A stretch of 64,000 nt of DNA from positions 1,248,001-1,312,000 of the forward strand of contig CBDESU010000002.1 in the NCBI GenBank assembly GCA_965242695.1, written 5' to 3'. This stretch comes from Cenarchaeum sp. GTDB taxonomy: Archaea > Thermoproteota > Nitrososphaeria > Nitrososphaerales > Nitrosopumilaceae. Within the stretch, counting starts at the first letter, position 1; each line of letters begins with the position of its first letter. The notes beneath the pieces are model-generated. The model saw only the letters and a program-made list of their open reading frames with translations, ran no database searches and had not been told where the DNA came from. Below are positions 9,266 through 18,889 of the stretch, in pieces. Position numbers and translations under genes: made by a program.

Positions 9266-11611
9266 CTACGGCCGCCGGTCCTCGACGTCCATGCCGAGCT
9301 CGGCGCGCAGCTCGGCGACCGCGCGGGCCCCGTACACGTCCCTCACCTGCCGCTCCCTGACGGCCTCCCCGACCGCATCCCTGCCCAGCCGGGCGACGAG
9401 GAGGGCGAGCGCGTCCGAAAAGCGCACGTCCCAGCGGTCGGCGCACTCTAGTATCCTGGAGACGGCCCACCGCCGCACCTCTGCCGGCCGGATCCCCGCA
9501 CCGCCGCCCTGGGCGCGGCCGAGAATGCCCGCAATGTCCGCGGTCCGTGACGCCATCGCGTCGAGATCGTCGGCCCCGCCGTACTTTGACTCGGCGCGCA
9601 TTCCGATGCCGGACCGGTACTCGGAGAGCCTGAGGATTGCCGTCGCGTCGGCGGACGGGCCGCCCGGTGCGCCGCCCTCCGCCTCGCGGGGCCCGCGCAG
9701 CCGGCCGAGGGCCGCGCCGGCGCTTGCGCGGAACTCGGACGCGGACGCCTCGGAGCGGGACAATGCATCTGCGAGCGAGTCGATGCGGCGCTCGATCGAG
9801 TCCGTCCGGGATGCCAGGTCGTCCCCAAGCCGTGCAATGTCCGCCTCGGCGGCCCCTGAGGGCTCGGCCGCCGGCGCCTGCGCATCGCCGCGCTCGGCAA
9901 TCTTGGCGAGCGCATCCAGCTTTGACTCGATCGACCCGATGCGGACGGCAAGGGCGGGATCCGCGCCCGGGCGCGCACCCGCCGTGGCAGCGCGCGCCTT
10001 GATCTCGGCGGCCGCCTCGCCGGCGGCGGATGCCGCGGCGTCGGCCCTCGAGGCCGCGCGCTCGACCTGCTCGCGCATGGCGGCCACCTCGGTTGCGACC
10101 GCCGTGGCCGCGGCGTCGGCCCTCGAGGCCGCGCGCTCGACCTGCTCGCGCATGGCGGCCACCTCTGTTGCGACCGCCGATGCATCGAGGCCGCCGGCCC
10201 CTGCCGACAGCGGTGCGCCGGCCCCCTTGCGGCCCTCGACCTGCTCGCGCATGGCGGCCACCTCGGTTGCGACCGCCGATGCATCGGGGACGCCGCCGGA
10301 TTCCATTGCCGCCGCCGGGGACCCTGGGCCTTCCCCTGCCGCCTCTTCCCCTGCCCCTGTCCTGCCGGACAGCCGCCCGATGGCCTCTTTGACGCCTGCC
10401 ATGTCCGCACGCATGGACTCGATGGCCTCTTTGACGCCTGCCATGTCCTCGGGCATGGTTCCGCCAGAGCCGCCGGCGACCATCTTCACCTTTTCGTCCA
10501 GCGACCGCAGGTCTGCGCCGATTTCCTCGATCTGCCTCCCTGCCGCCAGGACGGCATCCGCCTTGGCGGACGCCTCCCTCAGGGCCCCGTCGATCCTCTC
10601 GCCGATCTTGGCCATCGTGGTAGAGTTGCCCCGTGCCAGGCCGGCGACCTCTGAGATACCTTTCGACATCTCCTCGATGCCGGCAGGCTCCCCTGCGCGG
10701 CTCCCTGCTGCTCCCGTGCTGCCGGCGGGCCCAGCGATGGAGCCAGCGCGGGCCCTCAGCTCTTCCAGCCCCTCGTAGATCTTTTTCGTGTTGCCCTCGA
10801 TCGCCCTTGCCCTGCGCTCGCTGCTCCTGAGGGACTCGGCGGCCCCTGCAAGGCCATCGACCGCCGCCTTCATCGATGCGAGGGCCTCTTGGTTCTCGGC
10901 AAGCGCGCCCGACACGGCCCTCACCTCTGACGCGAGAAGCCTAGCCGACTCGGCCGCGGAGCCGCCCTTCTTGGGAGCCGGCCCCGGAGACACGGCCCTG
11001 CCGGCGCCGCCCTTGGGGGCGGTTCTTGCCCTGCCGGCCTGCTTGGCCGGCATTTCTGCGCCCTTCTTGACTCTAGGCGCCCTTGCCCTGCCGGCCGGCT
11101 TGGCAGCCGCCTTGCCCGATGCCGCCTTCACCTCGGCCTTTCTCTGCCTGCCGGCCCTTGACCTGCCGGCATCCTTTGCCGCCTTGTCTTCGGGCGCCCT
11201 TGCCCTGCCGGCCGGCTTGGCAGCCGCCTTGCCCGATGCCGCCTTCACCTCGGCCTTTCTCTGCCTGCCGGCCCTTGACCTGCCGGCATCTTTTGCCGCC
11301 TTGTCTTCGGGCGCCCTTGCCCTGCCGGCCGGCTTGGCAGCCGCCTTGCCCGATGCCGCCTTCACCTCGGCCTTTCTCTGCCTGCCGGCCCTTGACCTGC
11401 CGGCATCTTTTGCCGCCTTGTCTTCGGGCGCCCTTGCCCTGCCGGCCGGCTTGGCAGCCGCCTTGCCCGATGCCGCCTTCACCTCGGCCTTTCTCTGCAT
11501 GTTGGCAACTGGCTTGGGCACCTCCTCGACCTTCTCTCCTCGCGTCCTCGGCTTGGCGACCCTTGCGCCTCTCAGCACCTTTCCCGCACCGCTTGCCCTT
11601 GCCACTGCCAT
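9266..11611 (-). CDS. Coiled-coil protein with Lys/Ala/Arg-rich N-terminal repeats
   Basis: 781-aa ORF with TTTTTTAAT promoter-like element upstream; heptad-like middle; non-repetitive globular C-terminus. Confidence 0.7.
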   Translation of the reverse strand: MAVARASGAGKVLRGARVAKPRTRGEKVEEVPKPVANMQRKAEVKAASGKAAAKPAGRARAPEDKAAKDAGRSRAGRQRKAEVKAASGKAAAKPAGRARAPEDKAAKDAGRSRAGRQRKAEVKAASGKAAAKPAGRARAPEDKAAKDAGRSRAGRQRKAEVKAASGKAAAKPAGRARAPRVKKGAEMPAKQAGRARTAPKGGAGRAVSPGPAPKKGGSAAESARLLASEVRAVSGALAENQEALASMKAAVDGLAGAAESLRSSERRARAIEGNTKKIYEGLEELRARAGSIAGPAGSTGAAGSRAGEPAGIEEMSKGISEVAGLARGNSTTMAKIGERIDGALREASAKADAVLAAGRQIEEIGADLRSLDEKVKMVAGGSGGTMPEDMAGVKEAIESMRADMAGVKEAIGRLSGRTGAGEEAAGEGPGSPAAAMESGGVPDASAVATEVAAMREQVEGRKGAGAPLSAGAGGLDASAVATEVAAMREQVERAASRADAAATAVATEVAAMREQVERAASRADAAASAAGEAAAEIKARAATAGARPGADPALAVRIGSIESKLDALAKIAERGDAQAPAAEPSGAAEADIARLGDDLASRTDSIERRIDSLADALSRSEASASEFRASAGAALGRLRGPREAEGGAPGGPSADATAILRLSEYRSGIGMRAESKYGGADDLDAMASRTADIAGILGRAQGGGAGIRPAEVRRWAVSRILECADRWDVRFSDALALLVARLGRDAVGEAVRERQVRDVYGARAVAELRAELGMDVEDRRP
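11076..11498. repeat. 117-bp in-frame tandem repeat, ~3.6 copies (39-aa unit)
   Basis: Near-identical units start at 11076, 11193, 11310, 11427; unit QRKAEVKAASGKAAAKPAGRARAPEDKAAKDAGRSRAGR. Confidence 0.93.
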
Positions 11612-12035
11612 GGGGCGGCCTTGATGCTTGGATTAAAAAAAGTTCGCTGGCCGCCGGGGCGCTGCGTGGCAGCGGATGCGCTGGACTTGCAACCTGTGCA
11701 GGGGGCCGGGACGGCTCGAGGCAACGAGTCGTACCGCGCGGCTAGGGCCATCATGCCGCCTGCCCTGCCGCCTGTCCCCGACGAGCAGGCCCCTGCGGCG
11801 GCCGCCCTGTAGCCGGGCGCTTGCGCATCGAGCGAGGCGCGCCTGCCGCCGCCGGCCGGTGCCGGCAGAGGCTGCTCCCAGGACGGCGCCGCCGCGGCTC
11901 TCGGCTCGCAGGCGGCCGGGCGCTGCCCCGCGCGCCGGAACGCGCGGCCGGGCCGCCCCCTCTCCGCCCTGCGGCGGCGCGGGAGCTCCCCTCGCGCCGG
12001 CAAAAAACACAGGCGGGCCGATCGGCCCCGCCCTG

Positions 12036-12137
12036 CTAGCCCTGCGGGCCGTCGTGGAGAATCTCGTGGAGCGTTTTGACGGCCAGGCCGTCAAGGCTGT
12101 CCGCAAAGCCCTTCGTACAGTACCTGCAACTGATCAT
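12036..12137 (-). CDS. 33-aa putative C2H2-type zinc-finger microprotein (below ORF-track cutoff)
   Basis: MISCRYCTKGFADSLDGLAVKTLHEILHDGPQG; CxxC...HxxxH; TTATAT boxes upstream; T6 tract downstream at 12002-12007. Confidence 0.7.
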   Translation of the reverse strand: MISCRYCTKGFADSLDGLAVKTLHEILHDGPQG

Positions 12138-12399
12138 GTTTTCCGGTGCGATTACGGTAGGATATAAGCATATCTTTAGTATATAAGGCGCGGCCGCCCT
12201 GAGGTGCGGCCGCAGGGGTTGCGCCGCCGTCAGATACCCCAGGCGTGTCTCGTCACCATCTCCGGCACCTGCTCTTCATCCGGCCGCGCCCCGCGGCGCC
12301 CCCTCAGCCCGTTAAGAGGTTGCCGCCCCCCGCGCCCTGCGCCGCCGCCCGTACAGGGCGATCGCTAACGCTTTATCGTAGCCCCGCCTGCCCGGCGGC

Positions 12400-13803
12400 G
12401 TGAGGGAGCTGGCCCTGCAGGCGGAGGCGGGCATACAGGACTCGCTAAGCTCTAGCGTCATGCGGATTCTGGAGCAGCTCACGCCCGAGTTTCCACACAC
12501 GTCGTTCATGATCGACTTTGCCGTCATCATGATCATCGGCGCCGTCGTCACGCTCGCGTTCTTCAAGATACGGCAGCCGCTGATCATAGGGTACCTGTTC
12601 GCCGGCATGCTGCTCGGCCCCCTCTCCCCGCTGTGGTCGTGGCTGTTCCCCGTGTTCGGCCTGTCGGTCGAGTCGAACATAGAGGAGCTCAACGTCCTGT
12701 ACGACATACCGACGATGCACCTGTTCGCCGAGATGGGCGTCGTGCTGCTCCTGTTCGTGATCGGCATAGAGTTCCCCGTCGCCAAGATACGGTCCATCGG
12801 CAAGGTCGCCGTCGGGACGGGGACGATCGGCCTGTTCCTGACGATGGGCGTCGTGTTCTTCACGGCGAGCGCGCTCGGCGTGAACTTCATGGACTCGCTG
12901 TTCATAGCGGCGGCCCTGTCGATCAGCAGCACCGCCGTGATCGTAAAGATACTGACCGACTCTGGCAGGATCAAGAAGGAGTCGTCGATCATGGTCCTCG
13001 GCATACTGATCATCGAGGATATCATAGCGGTGATCCTCATATCGTCGCTCCAGTCCATAGCCCTGCTCGGGTCGGTCTCGATCGAGAGCGTCATCGTCGT
13101 CCTCATCGTCGCCGGGGCCCTCATCATAGGGACGCTCACGGTCGGCATACGCGTCATACCGCCGCTCATAGACAGGGTCGCCGCCGTCGAGAACAAGGAG
13201 ATCCTCCTGCTCGGCGTCCTCGGCGTGTGCTTCGGGTACGCGCTGCTCGCAAACATCGTCGGGCTGTCCGTCGCAATCGGCGCGTTCTTGGCAGGGGTGC
13301 TCGTCGCCGAGTCAAAGTCGGCCGAGGTCTCAAAGCTCCTGTCGAGCCCAATCAAGGACATGTTCGTCGCCGTATTCTTCGTGTCCGTCGGGGCCCTCAT
13401 GGACATACGCCAGATAGAGAGCTTTGTCTTCCTTGCGCTCGCCCTGATCGCCGTCGCCACGGCGGCAAAGCTCGGCAGCAGCCTGCTCGGCAGCCTCGCC
13501 GTGCGGCGGCGCGGCGCCGTGCCGACCCGGGCCGCATTCACCCTCGGGGCGCCGCGCGGCGAGTTTTCGATCGTCATCGTAAAGGTCGGCGTCGACCTCG
13601 GCGCCGTCAGCGCGTTCGTGTTCCCGATGATCGGGCTGATCTCTCTCATTACGACGTTCATCTCGCCGTTCCTCATACGGGCAGGCGACAGGCTCGCGCT
13701 GCGCCGGCCGGGGCCGCCGGCCGCCGAGGGCGGGGAGGAGGGGGGCCGTGCGCGGCCGGGCGCGGCGGCCGGGGCGGGCCCTCCCGGGCCGGCCGGCGCG
13801 TGA
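12400..13803 (+). CDS. Cation:proton antiporter, CPA2/Kef family
   Basis: Many TMs; 'QPLIIGYLFAG', 'LLLFVIGIE', 'SISSTAVIVK', 'LIIEDI', 'PRGEFS'. Confidence 0.92.
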   Translation: MRELALQAEAGIQDSLSSSVMRILEQLTPEFPHTSFMIDFAVIMIIGAVVTLAFFKIRQPLIIGYLFAGMLLGPLSPLWSWLFPVFGLSVESNIEELNVLYDIPTMHLFAEMGVVLLLFVIGIEFPVAKIRSIGKVAVGTGTIGLFLTMGVVFFTASALGVNFMDSLFIAAALSISSTAVIVKILTDSGRIKKESSIMVLGILIIEDIIAVILISSLQSIALLGSVSIESVIVVLIVAGALIIGTLTVGIRVIPPLIDRVAAVENKEILLLGVLGVCFGYALLANIVGLSVAIGAFLAGVLVAESKSAEVSKLLSSPIKDMFVAVFFVSVGALMDIRQIESFVFLALALIAVATAAKLGSSLLGSLAVRRRGAVPTRAAFTLGAPRGEFSIVIVKVGVDLGAVSAFVFPMIGLISLITTFISPFLIRAGDRLALRRPGPPAAEGGEEGGRARPGAAAGAGPPGPAGA

Positions 13804-13813
13804 GGGCTGCGCC

Positions 13814-14344
13814 ATGGCCGGCGGCGGGGATGGCGGGGACGGCGGCGAGCTGGCCGACCTGCGGGCGCGCGTCCACCGCGGGATCGGGACGATCGAGTGC
13901 CCAGGGCCCGGGCCGGCAGGCTCGGCCCCGCGCACTGTGCCGAGCATCGAGGTGGCCCCCGAGCTGTTCGCGCGGATCATGAGGTCGGTCGCCGGCCGGC
14001 CGTTCACGATCGACACAGACCTGGACATACTCCAGGACGGGCTGGGCCACGTGTTCGTGTACGTGTCGCTCGGGTTCGGGCAGACGGGCATACGGGAGCG
14101 CTTCCTTGTCGACGCGTCCGAGTCGTACGAGTTCTTCGACCTGCTCGCCGAGACGTCCATGCTGGCCGTCTCGCCCGAGGGCGGGGCCGAGGCGGCAGGC
14201 GGGCCGGCCGGCGCGGGCGACGTGATCCTTGTGCAGCTGCCGCGGCCCGAGCGGGCCGCCGAGTCGCTCGGCATCATACGGCGCGGGCTGGCCGCCGGTG
14301 GCAGCGGCGGCGGGGGGCGGGGCCCGGCGCGGACTGATGGCTGA
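13814..14344 (+). CDS. Hypothetical protein
   Basis: Host-like codon use and globular composition ('FTIDTDLDILQDGLGHVFV'); ATG at 13814 follows the antiporter stop. Confidence 0.65.
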   Translation: MAGGGDGGDGGELADLRARVHRGIGTIECPGPGPAGSAPRTVPSIEVAPELFARIMRSVAGRPFTIDTDLDILQDGLGHVFVYVSLGFGQTGIRERFLVDASESYEFFDLLAETSMLAVSPEGGAEAAGGPAGAGDVILVQLPRPERAAESLGIIRRGLAAGGSGGGGRGPARTDG

Positions 14345-14347
14345 TGG

Positions 14348-14424
14348 TGGTGCAGTCGCCGGGATTCGAACCCGGGTCACCAACTTGGCAAGCTGGAATA
14401 ATAACCAAACTATACTACGACTGC
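14348..14424 (-). tRNA. tRNA-Gly(GCC), encoded CCA
   Basis: Acceptor GCAGTCG/CGACTGC, anticodon arm CCAGC-TTGCCAA-GTTGG, T-loop TTCGAAT, TTTATTA box upstream. Confidence 0.96.
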
Positions 14425-14507
14425 CTGCGCGCCGTTGCCGGCCCCGCCTAATAAAGGGTGGCGGGGCGGCCGCCGGATTTTTTAGTGGCCTCGCCGCGCG
14501 GCGGGGC

Positions 14508-14771
14508 ATGGATGCGGCCCTGCGAGACGCGATCGAGCGCAAGATGGGCGAGGTCGCCACCGCCGGCGGCCGGATGGGCGAGCTGGCGCGCCGCCTAGGC
14601 AGGGACGGGTGCGATGCCGGCGCGTTCGCGCGCGGCGCCGCGGCAGGCCGCCTGTACAACTCGTTCCACTACCAGTGCAGGAGGCTGCTCAAGAGGGATC
14701 CCACGGACGAAGAGTTTGACGAGTTCGTCGACATGGTGCGCGGCAGGGTGGACGGGCTGTCCCCCGAGTAG
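14508..14771 (+). CDS. Small hypothetical protein
   Basis: 'GRLYNSFHYQCRRLLKRDPTDEEFDEF'; T-rich promoter-like element upstream. Confidence 0.7.
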   Translation: MDAALRDAIERKMGEVATAGGRMGELARRLGRDGCDAGAFARGAAAGRLYNSFHYQCRRLLKRDPTDEEFDEFVDMVRGRVDGLSPE

Positions 14772-14806
14772 GTGCGCGGCAGGGTGGACGGGCTGTCCCC
14801 CGAGTA
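14735..14806. repeat. Exact 36-bp tandem duplication spanning the stop codon
   Basis: ggtgcgcggcagggtggacgggctgtcccccgagta x2. Confidence 0.92.
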
Positions 14807-14829
14807 GGCGCGCGGCGCCTCGGCCGCCC

Positions 14830-15492
14830 CTACGCGGCCTGCGCCGGCTTTTCGGCCCCGTCCGCGTCCTTGGCCGGGGCATCGCCGCCCCCTTCGGCCG
14901 CCTCCTTTTCGGCGGCTGCCGCCTCGAGCGCGGCTGCCCTTGCGGCGGCCTTTGCCGCTCCGGCCGACGAGACCCTCGCGTACGCGGCCGCGCTGGGGTC
15001 TGCAAGGTCGATCACGCGCACGGTCGGAGTGCCGGGCAGCTTTACGCATGCATGCCGGACGGCCTTCTTGGTCTGCTCTAGGTGCTCCTTTCGGACGTAC
15101 GCCTCGTAGACGACCTGCCCCTGGCCCACGCGGGCGCCGAGGCTGACGGCCTTGCCAAAGGCGCGCCTCATGCCCTCCTGGAGGCGGTCGGCGCCGGCGG
15201 CCGCAATCATCTTGTTCTCCCTGAGCAGCACGTGCGGGTAGATGCGGAGCCTGGCAAAGTAGCCTGCCTCGCCGGTCGTCTTTTCGATCGTCTTGTTGGC
15301 CGCAAGGCGCGTCGACTCGATGGCCATGTGGCGTATCTGGACCTTTTCGTTGATGAGCAGCTGCACGCAGTAGTCGTACTGGCCGGGGCGCCCCGACTGG
15401 AACTTTGCAATCTTTACCTGGGGCTTGCCCTTGATGTACTTGCGGCGCGCGTACGGCTGGCCCCTTCCCCTGCGGTAGTTTGCCCCGTGCAA
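14830..15492 (-). CDS. rpl10e: 50S ribosomal protein L10e (uL16)
   Basis: TTG start 'MHGANYR', 'QIRHMAIES', 'YPHVLLRENKM..AGADRLQEGMRRAFGK'; Ala-rich C-terminal tail. Confidence 0.95.
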   Translation of the reverse strand: MHGANYRRGRGQPYARRKYIKGKPQVKIAKFQSGRPGQYDYCVQLLINEKVQIRHMAIESTRLAANKTIEKTTGEAGYFARLRIYPHVLLRENKMIAAAGADRLQEGMRRAFGKAVSLGARVGQGQVVYEAYVRKEHLEQTKKAVRHACVKLPGTPTVRVIDLADPSAAAYARVSSAGAAKAAARAAALEAAAAEKEAAEGGGDAPAKDADGAEKPAQAA

Positions 15493-15943
15493 TGCGGCGC
15501 GGCACCCCAGCCGGCATATTTTAACGGTGGCCGGGGCCGACGACCTGCGCCGCCCTAGCGCACTGGCGGGGCGCCGTCGGGCAGGCGCGCCGCGGGGGAT
15601 GGGGGCGGCACCGAGGGCACCACGGACTGCCGCCAACCCGGCACGCTCGGGCGGGGCGAGGGCGAGCCGAAGGAGGGCGGCGGCCCCGGGCGCGCGCCGG
15701 CCCTGTCTTGCGCCGCGCCGGCGCCGCGCCCGATGGCGGTGGACGGCCGGCGCTTGGCGGCAGGGGGAGAGGCCGCACTCGACTTGCCTGTCTCGGCGCC
15801 GCGCCGGTGGACGGGGACGCCATGGCGCACCGTATGGGTGGACATGCGGCATGCGCTTGACCGCGTGCAGGGTGATCCCGGCCGCAAGCTCGGATCAGGG
15901 GACGCGGCCGGCCACTGGGCAGCCGCGGGGCCCGCGCGGTGGG

Positions 15944-16423
15944 TCATATGGAAAAGTCCACGGGCATCCAAAAACCGGCGCGCCTGAGATCTTTGACGAT
16001 CTCGCTGGCCTCGCTCCTGTCTATGATCCCCCTATCTCTGAGGAGTACGATCAGGCCGAGCAGCCCAGTGAAAGGTATGCCCCGCCTCTTGGCCGTCGAT
16101 CGGGCTCGCCGATCGTCAAGTATGCAGTACGACTTGCCCTGCGGGCGCACCCTTTCGTACAGCGCGAGCGTGTCGGATTCGCCGGGGCCGAGGGCAGGGG
16201 AGTCTTTCTTCAACGCCTCTATATCTGCAGCAGGACTGGCCGCGAAAACGCGGATCTTGCCCTGGCGCACCATGCCTTCTACCTCTTCCCTGACCTCCTT
16301 TCCGCGCAGCTCGCCCAGGACGTGCCCCGCGATGGCCAGAGTGTGCCCCAGTTTGAGGATGCTGTCGATCAGATCGGGGCGGCCAAGCTCGGATATGATG
16401 CCGATCAGCGCCGACGTGTCCAT
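15944..16423 (-). CDS. PIN-domain toxin (VapC/DUF3368-like)
   Basis: 'DTSALI', 'EVREE', 'LGPGESDTL', 'ILDDRRAR', 'TGLLGLI'. Confidence 0.82.
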   Translation of the reverse strand: MDTSALIGIISELGRPDLIDSILKLGHTLAIAGHVLGELRGKEVREEVEGMVRQGKIRVFAASPAADIEALKKDSPALGPGESDTLALYERVRPQGKSYCILDDRRARSTAKRRGIPFTGLLGLIVLLRDRGIIDRSEASEIVKDLRRAGFWMPVDFSI

Positions 16424-16438
16424 TATCTTCAGGCGCGG

Positions 16439-17026
16439 TCACCGTGCCACCTGTACGCGCATCCTGCCGGCCATCTCCCAGACATCCTCGACGGGGCGAT
16501 CTAGGATCTCGGCAGCGCGCCCGAGCGAAATATTTCCCTTCACTAGCATCGACACGGCGTGCCGCTCCTTGCTGGACATTATCCGGTCGTACGTCGGCGA
16601 CCTTGTTGCCATGTCGGGGTATGTAGAGTACACGTACGCCAAGAGCTCGTCGGCCGTCATGCTGTTGAACACATCCTTGTACTCATCGATCCTGGCAAGC
16701 GTGCGGCGGTCTTCGCCGCCGGCGATCCTGCCGGCGACCTCGCCGCCTAGCTGCGTGATGGAGACATCCTCGCCGTCGGTGCGCAGAATCCCCGCATCCT
16801 CTAGGCGCGCGGCTTCCTCCTCGACAATGTCGCTGTGCGGGCCATGGCTGCCGGCAACGTACCCGCACGGGCCGCACTCCCAGCCCTTATTCTCGGTCAG
16901 CATGAACACTATCTTTTGCAGCTTTGTCCTGCCCCTGATCGGCTCGCATCCGTTGGAGGCGGCGAGCAGGACGACGAGCCTGCGCAGCGGATCGCTCGTC
17001 AAGCGCATCCCTTCGGCCGCATCCAT
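16439..17026 (-). CDS. Putative antitoxin: SocA/Panacea-like N-domain plus UPF0175-like HTH
   Basis: 'GRTKLQKIVF...HGPHS' N-terminal region; 'GNISLGRAAEIL' C-terminal region; upstream of the PIN gene; TTTTATTA box upstream. Confidence 0.7.
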   Translation of the reverse strand: MDAAEGMRLTSDPLRRLVVLLAASNGCEPIRGRTKLQKIVFMLTENKGWECGPCGYVAGSHGPHSDIVEEEAARLEDAGILRTDGEDVSITQLGGEVAGRIAGGEDRRTLARIDEYKDVFNSMTADELLAYVYSTYPDMATRSPTYDRIMSSKERHAVSMLVKGNISLGRAAEILDRPVEDVWEMAGRMRVQVAR

Positions 17027-17269
17027 GCCCGCACGGGGCCCGCACTCCTAATAAAACTATGGCCGTGTGCATGCATGCATGCTCGGTCCTCGGCCGCACT
17101 CGCCGGTGCAGGCGCCGTGCCGCCGACGGGTCGTATGCCGGGCGCGCACCGCACGGGGGCCCTCCGGGGGTCGGCCTAGACTCCCTTCCACCCTCCTGCG
17201 CCGCGCCGAAGGCGCACGATGCCGCGCCTCCCTGCACGCCTTAATAGGACGGGCGCCGCCCGGCGCGCC

Positions 17270-17923
17270 GTGCTACGGGAAAAGAGCGCCGGCGAGGGCG
17301 AAGGCGCGCCCGGCGGGCAGGGCGAGGACCCTGCGGTGCGCGGCAGGCTGGTCAGGGACCTGGTGCACGTAGAGGACGAATCGGTGCGCGCCGAGCTCGA
17401 GTCGAAGGGGTACGGCGAGGTGAGACGCGGCAAGTTCTGCCTCATGCCGTACGAGTCGCTCTACCTGATGCACACGGGGCGGCTCGCGCTCGACGGCCGC
17501 AAGAGGGCGGCCACGTTCGACTCGCTCGTCTCGGCGCTGCGCAGGTACGACGAGGACGTCCTTACGCGCTTTCTGGTGTACCGCGACCTGCGATCGCGCG
17601 GCTACGCGGCAAAGGGGGGGTTCGGGTTCGGCGCCGACTTTCGCGTGTACGAGAGGGGGAGGTTCGGCGACAAGGGCGCCTCTTACGTCGTGTTCGCGCT
17701 CGCCGAGGGCGCGCCGGAAAAGGCCGGCGCCCTGCACAAAAAGGCAAGCGAGATCGAGCAGATGGGCAAGGAGCCGATAGTGGCCGTGATAGAGCGCCGG
17801 GGCGAGGTGATCTACTACAAGCTGTCGACGGTCGCGTTCGGCAGGGGCGGGGGACGCGGCGGCGGCGAGGGCGGAAGCGGCGGCGCGCCGCCGCCTGCTC
17901 CGCAGCCGCCGGGGGGCGCTTGA
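17270..17923 (+). CDS. endA: tRNA-intron endonuclease subunit
   Basis: 'LMPYESLYL', 'FLVYRDLRSRGY..KGGFGFGADFRVYERG', 'GEVIYY'; GTG start after a TTAATA box. Confidence 0.9.
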   Translation: MLREKSAGEGEGAPGGQGEDPAVRGRLVRDLVHVEDESVRAELESKGYGEVRRGKFCLMPYESLYLMHTGRLALDGRKRAATFDSLVSALRRYDEDVLTRFLVYRDLRSRGYAAKGGFGFGADFRVYERGRFGDKGASYVVFALAEGAPEKAGALHKKASEIEQMGKEPIVAVIERRGEVIYYKLSTVAFGRGGGRGGGEGGSGGAPPPAPQPPGGA

Positions 17924-18188
17924 CGGCGCGCCTCTGCCGCCGCACGTCCTCCTCCGGCCGACGCGTCGGCTGGAACATGCCCGCCGCCGCTCCATCTGCC
18001 GCCGCCCGCCGCCGCCGGGACGACGACCATGCCTCTGTTTGGGAGCGCGCCGGGCACAAGATCCGCCCGCACCCCTGCCCACCGGGCCGCCCGTGTCGTG
18101 GGGCTGGGAGGGGTATAGGCCTCGGCCCGTCCCGATCCCGGCCCGCGCCGCCGCACGGCTTTTTTACGGGCGGCCCGCGTCTCCCGGC

Positions 18189-18530
18189 GTGGGATTCCTG
18201 TCCTCGCTGCGCTCGCAGTGGGCCTCCGCCAAGAGGGAGAGGGCCGCCAAGATCAACGCCGGCCACCTAAAGGGCCTCCTCCGGACGTTCAAGGAGGAGC
18301 GCGACCGGATCGAGGCGGAGACGGGCTCAAGGCCGCCCATCGACGACACGACCCGCATGTTCATGCAAAAGGTGCTCGACGCCTGGGCCGCCGAGGGCCG
18401 CCGCATAGACGAGGACAGGTTCTGGGACGAGGTGGACTACAACCGCCAGTTCGACCACCCCGTCGAGTACTACGAGGCCAGCCGCGGCCGCGGCGGCCCT
18501 CGGCCGCCCGGAGGCGGAGGGGGCCGCTAG
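18189..18530 (+). CDS. Hypothetical protein
   Basis: Host-like codon use; GTG start after a TTTTTTA box; 'FWDEVDYNRQFDHPVEYY'. Confidence 0.7.
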   Translation: MGFLSSLRSQWASAKRERAAKINAGHLKGLLRTFKEERDRIEAETGSRPPIDDTTRMFMQKVLDAWAAEGRRIDEDRFWDEVDYNRQFDHPVEYYEASRGRGGPRPPGGGGGR

Positions 18531-18604
18531 CCGGCCCCGGTACAGCCGGGACGCCTCCGCGCTTTGGTTTTATACGGGCCGCCCGGGCCGTGCGCGTGGC
18601 GCGC

Positions 18605-18796
18605 ATGACGTTCGAGCGCGGCGGGACCGTCCGCAGCGTGGAACTGCGGCCGTCGGATGCGGGGTGGTCGGCGACCGTCCGCGAGGGCGATCGCGTGATG
18701 GCCAACATGACGTACATGGCCGAGGCCGAGGAAGAGGTGGCCGCCACGGTCAAGAGGTCGATGGAGGCGTCCGGCTTTAGGCTGGTCGGCGCGTGA
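18605..18796 (+). CDS. Small hypothetical protein (63 aa)
   Basis: ATG after a TTTTATA box; globular-looking sequence. Confidence 0.55.
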   Translation: MTFERGGTVRSVELRPSDAGWSATVREGDRVMANMTYMAEAEEEVAATVKRSMEASGFRLVGA

Positions 18797-18889
18797 CGGC
18801 AGGCGCCCGCGCCCGCGCATCCGGCGCCGTGCGCCGCCGGCCCGCAGGCAAGGTTTAAAGTCGAACCGTATAGGGGCGGCCGATCGAGG

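Noticed and set aside
15500-15940. Possible ORFs between rpl10e and the PIN gene
   Set aside because: Low-complexity GC-rich sequence with no recognisable motif or promoter.
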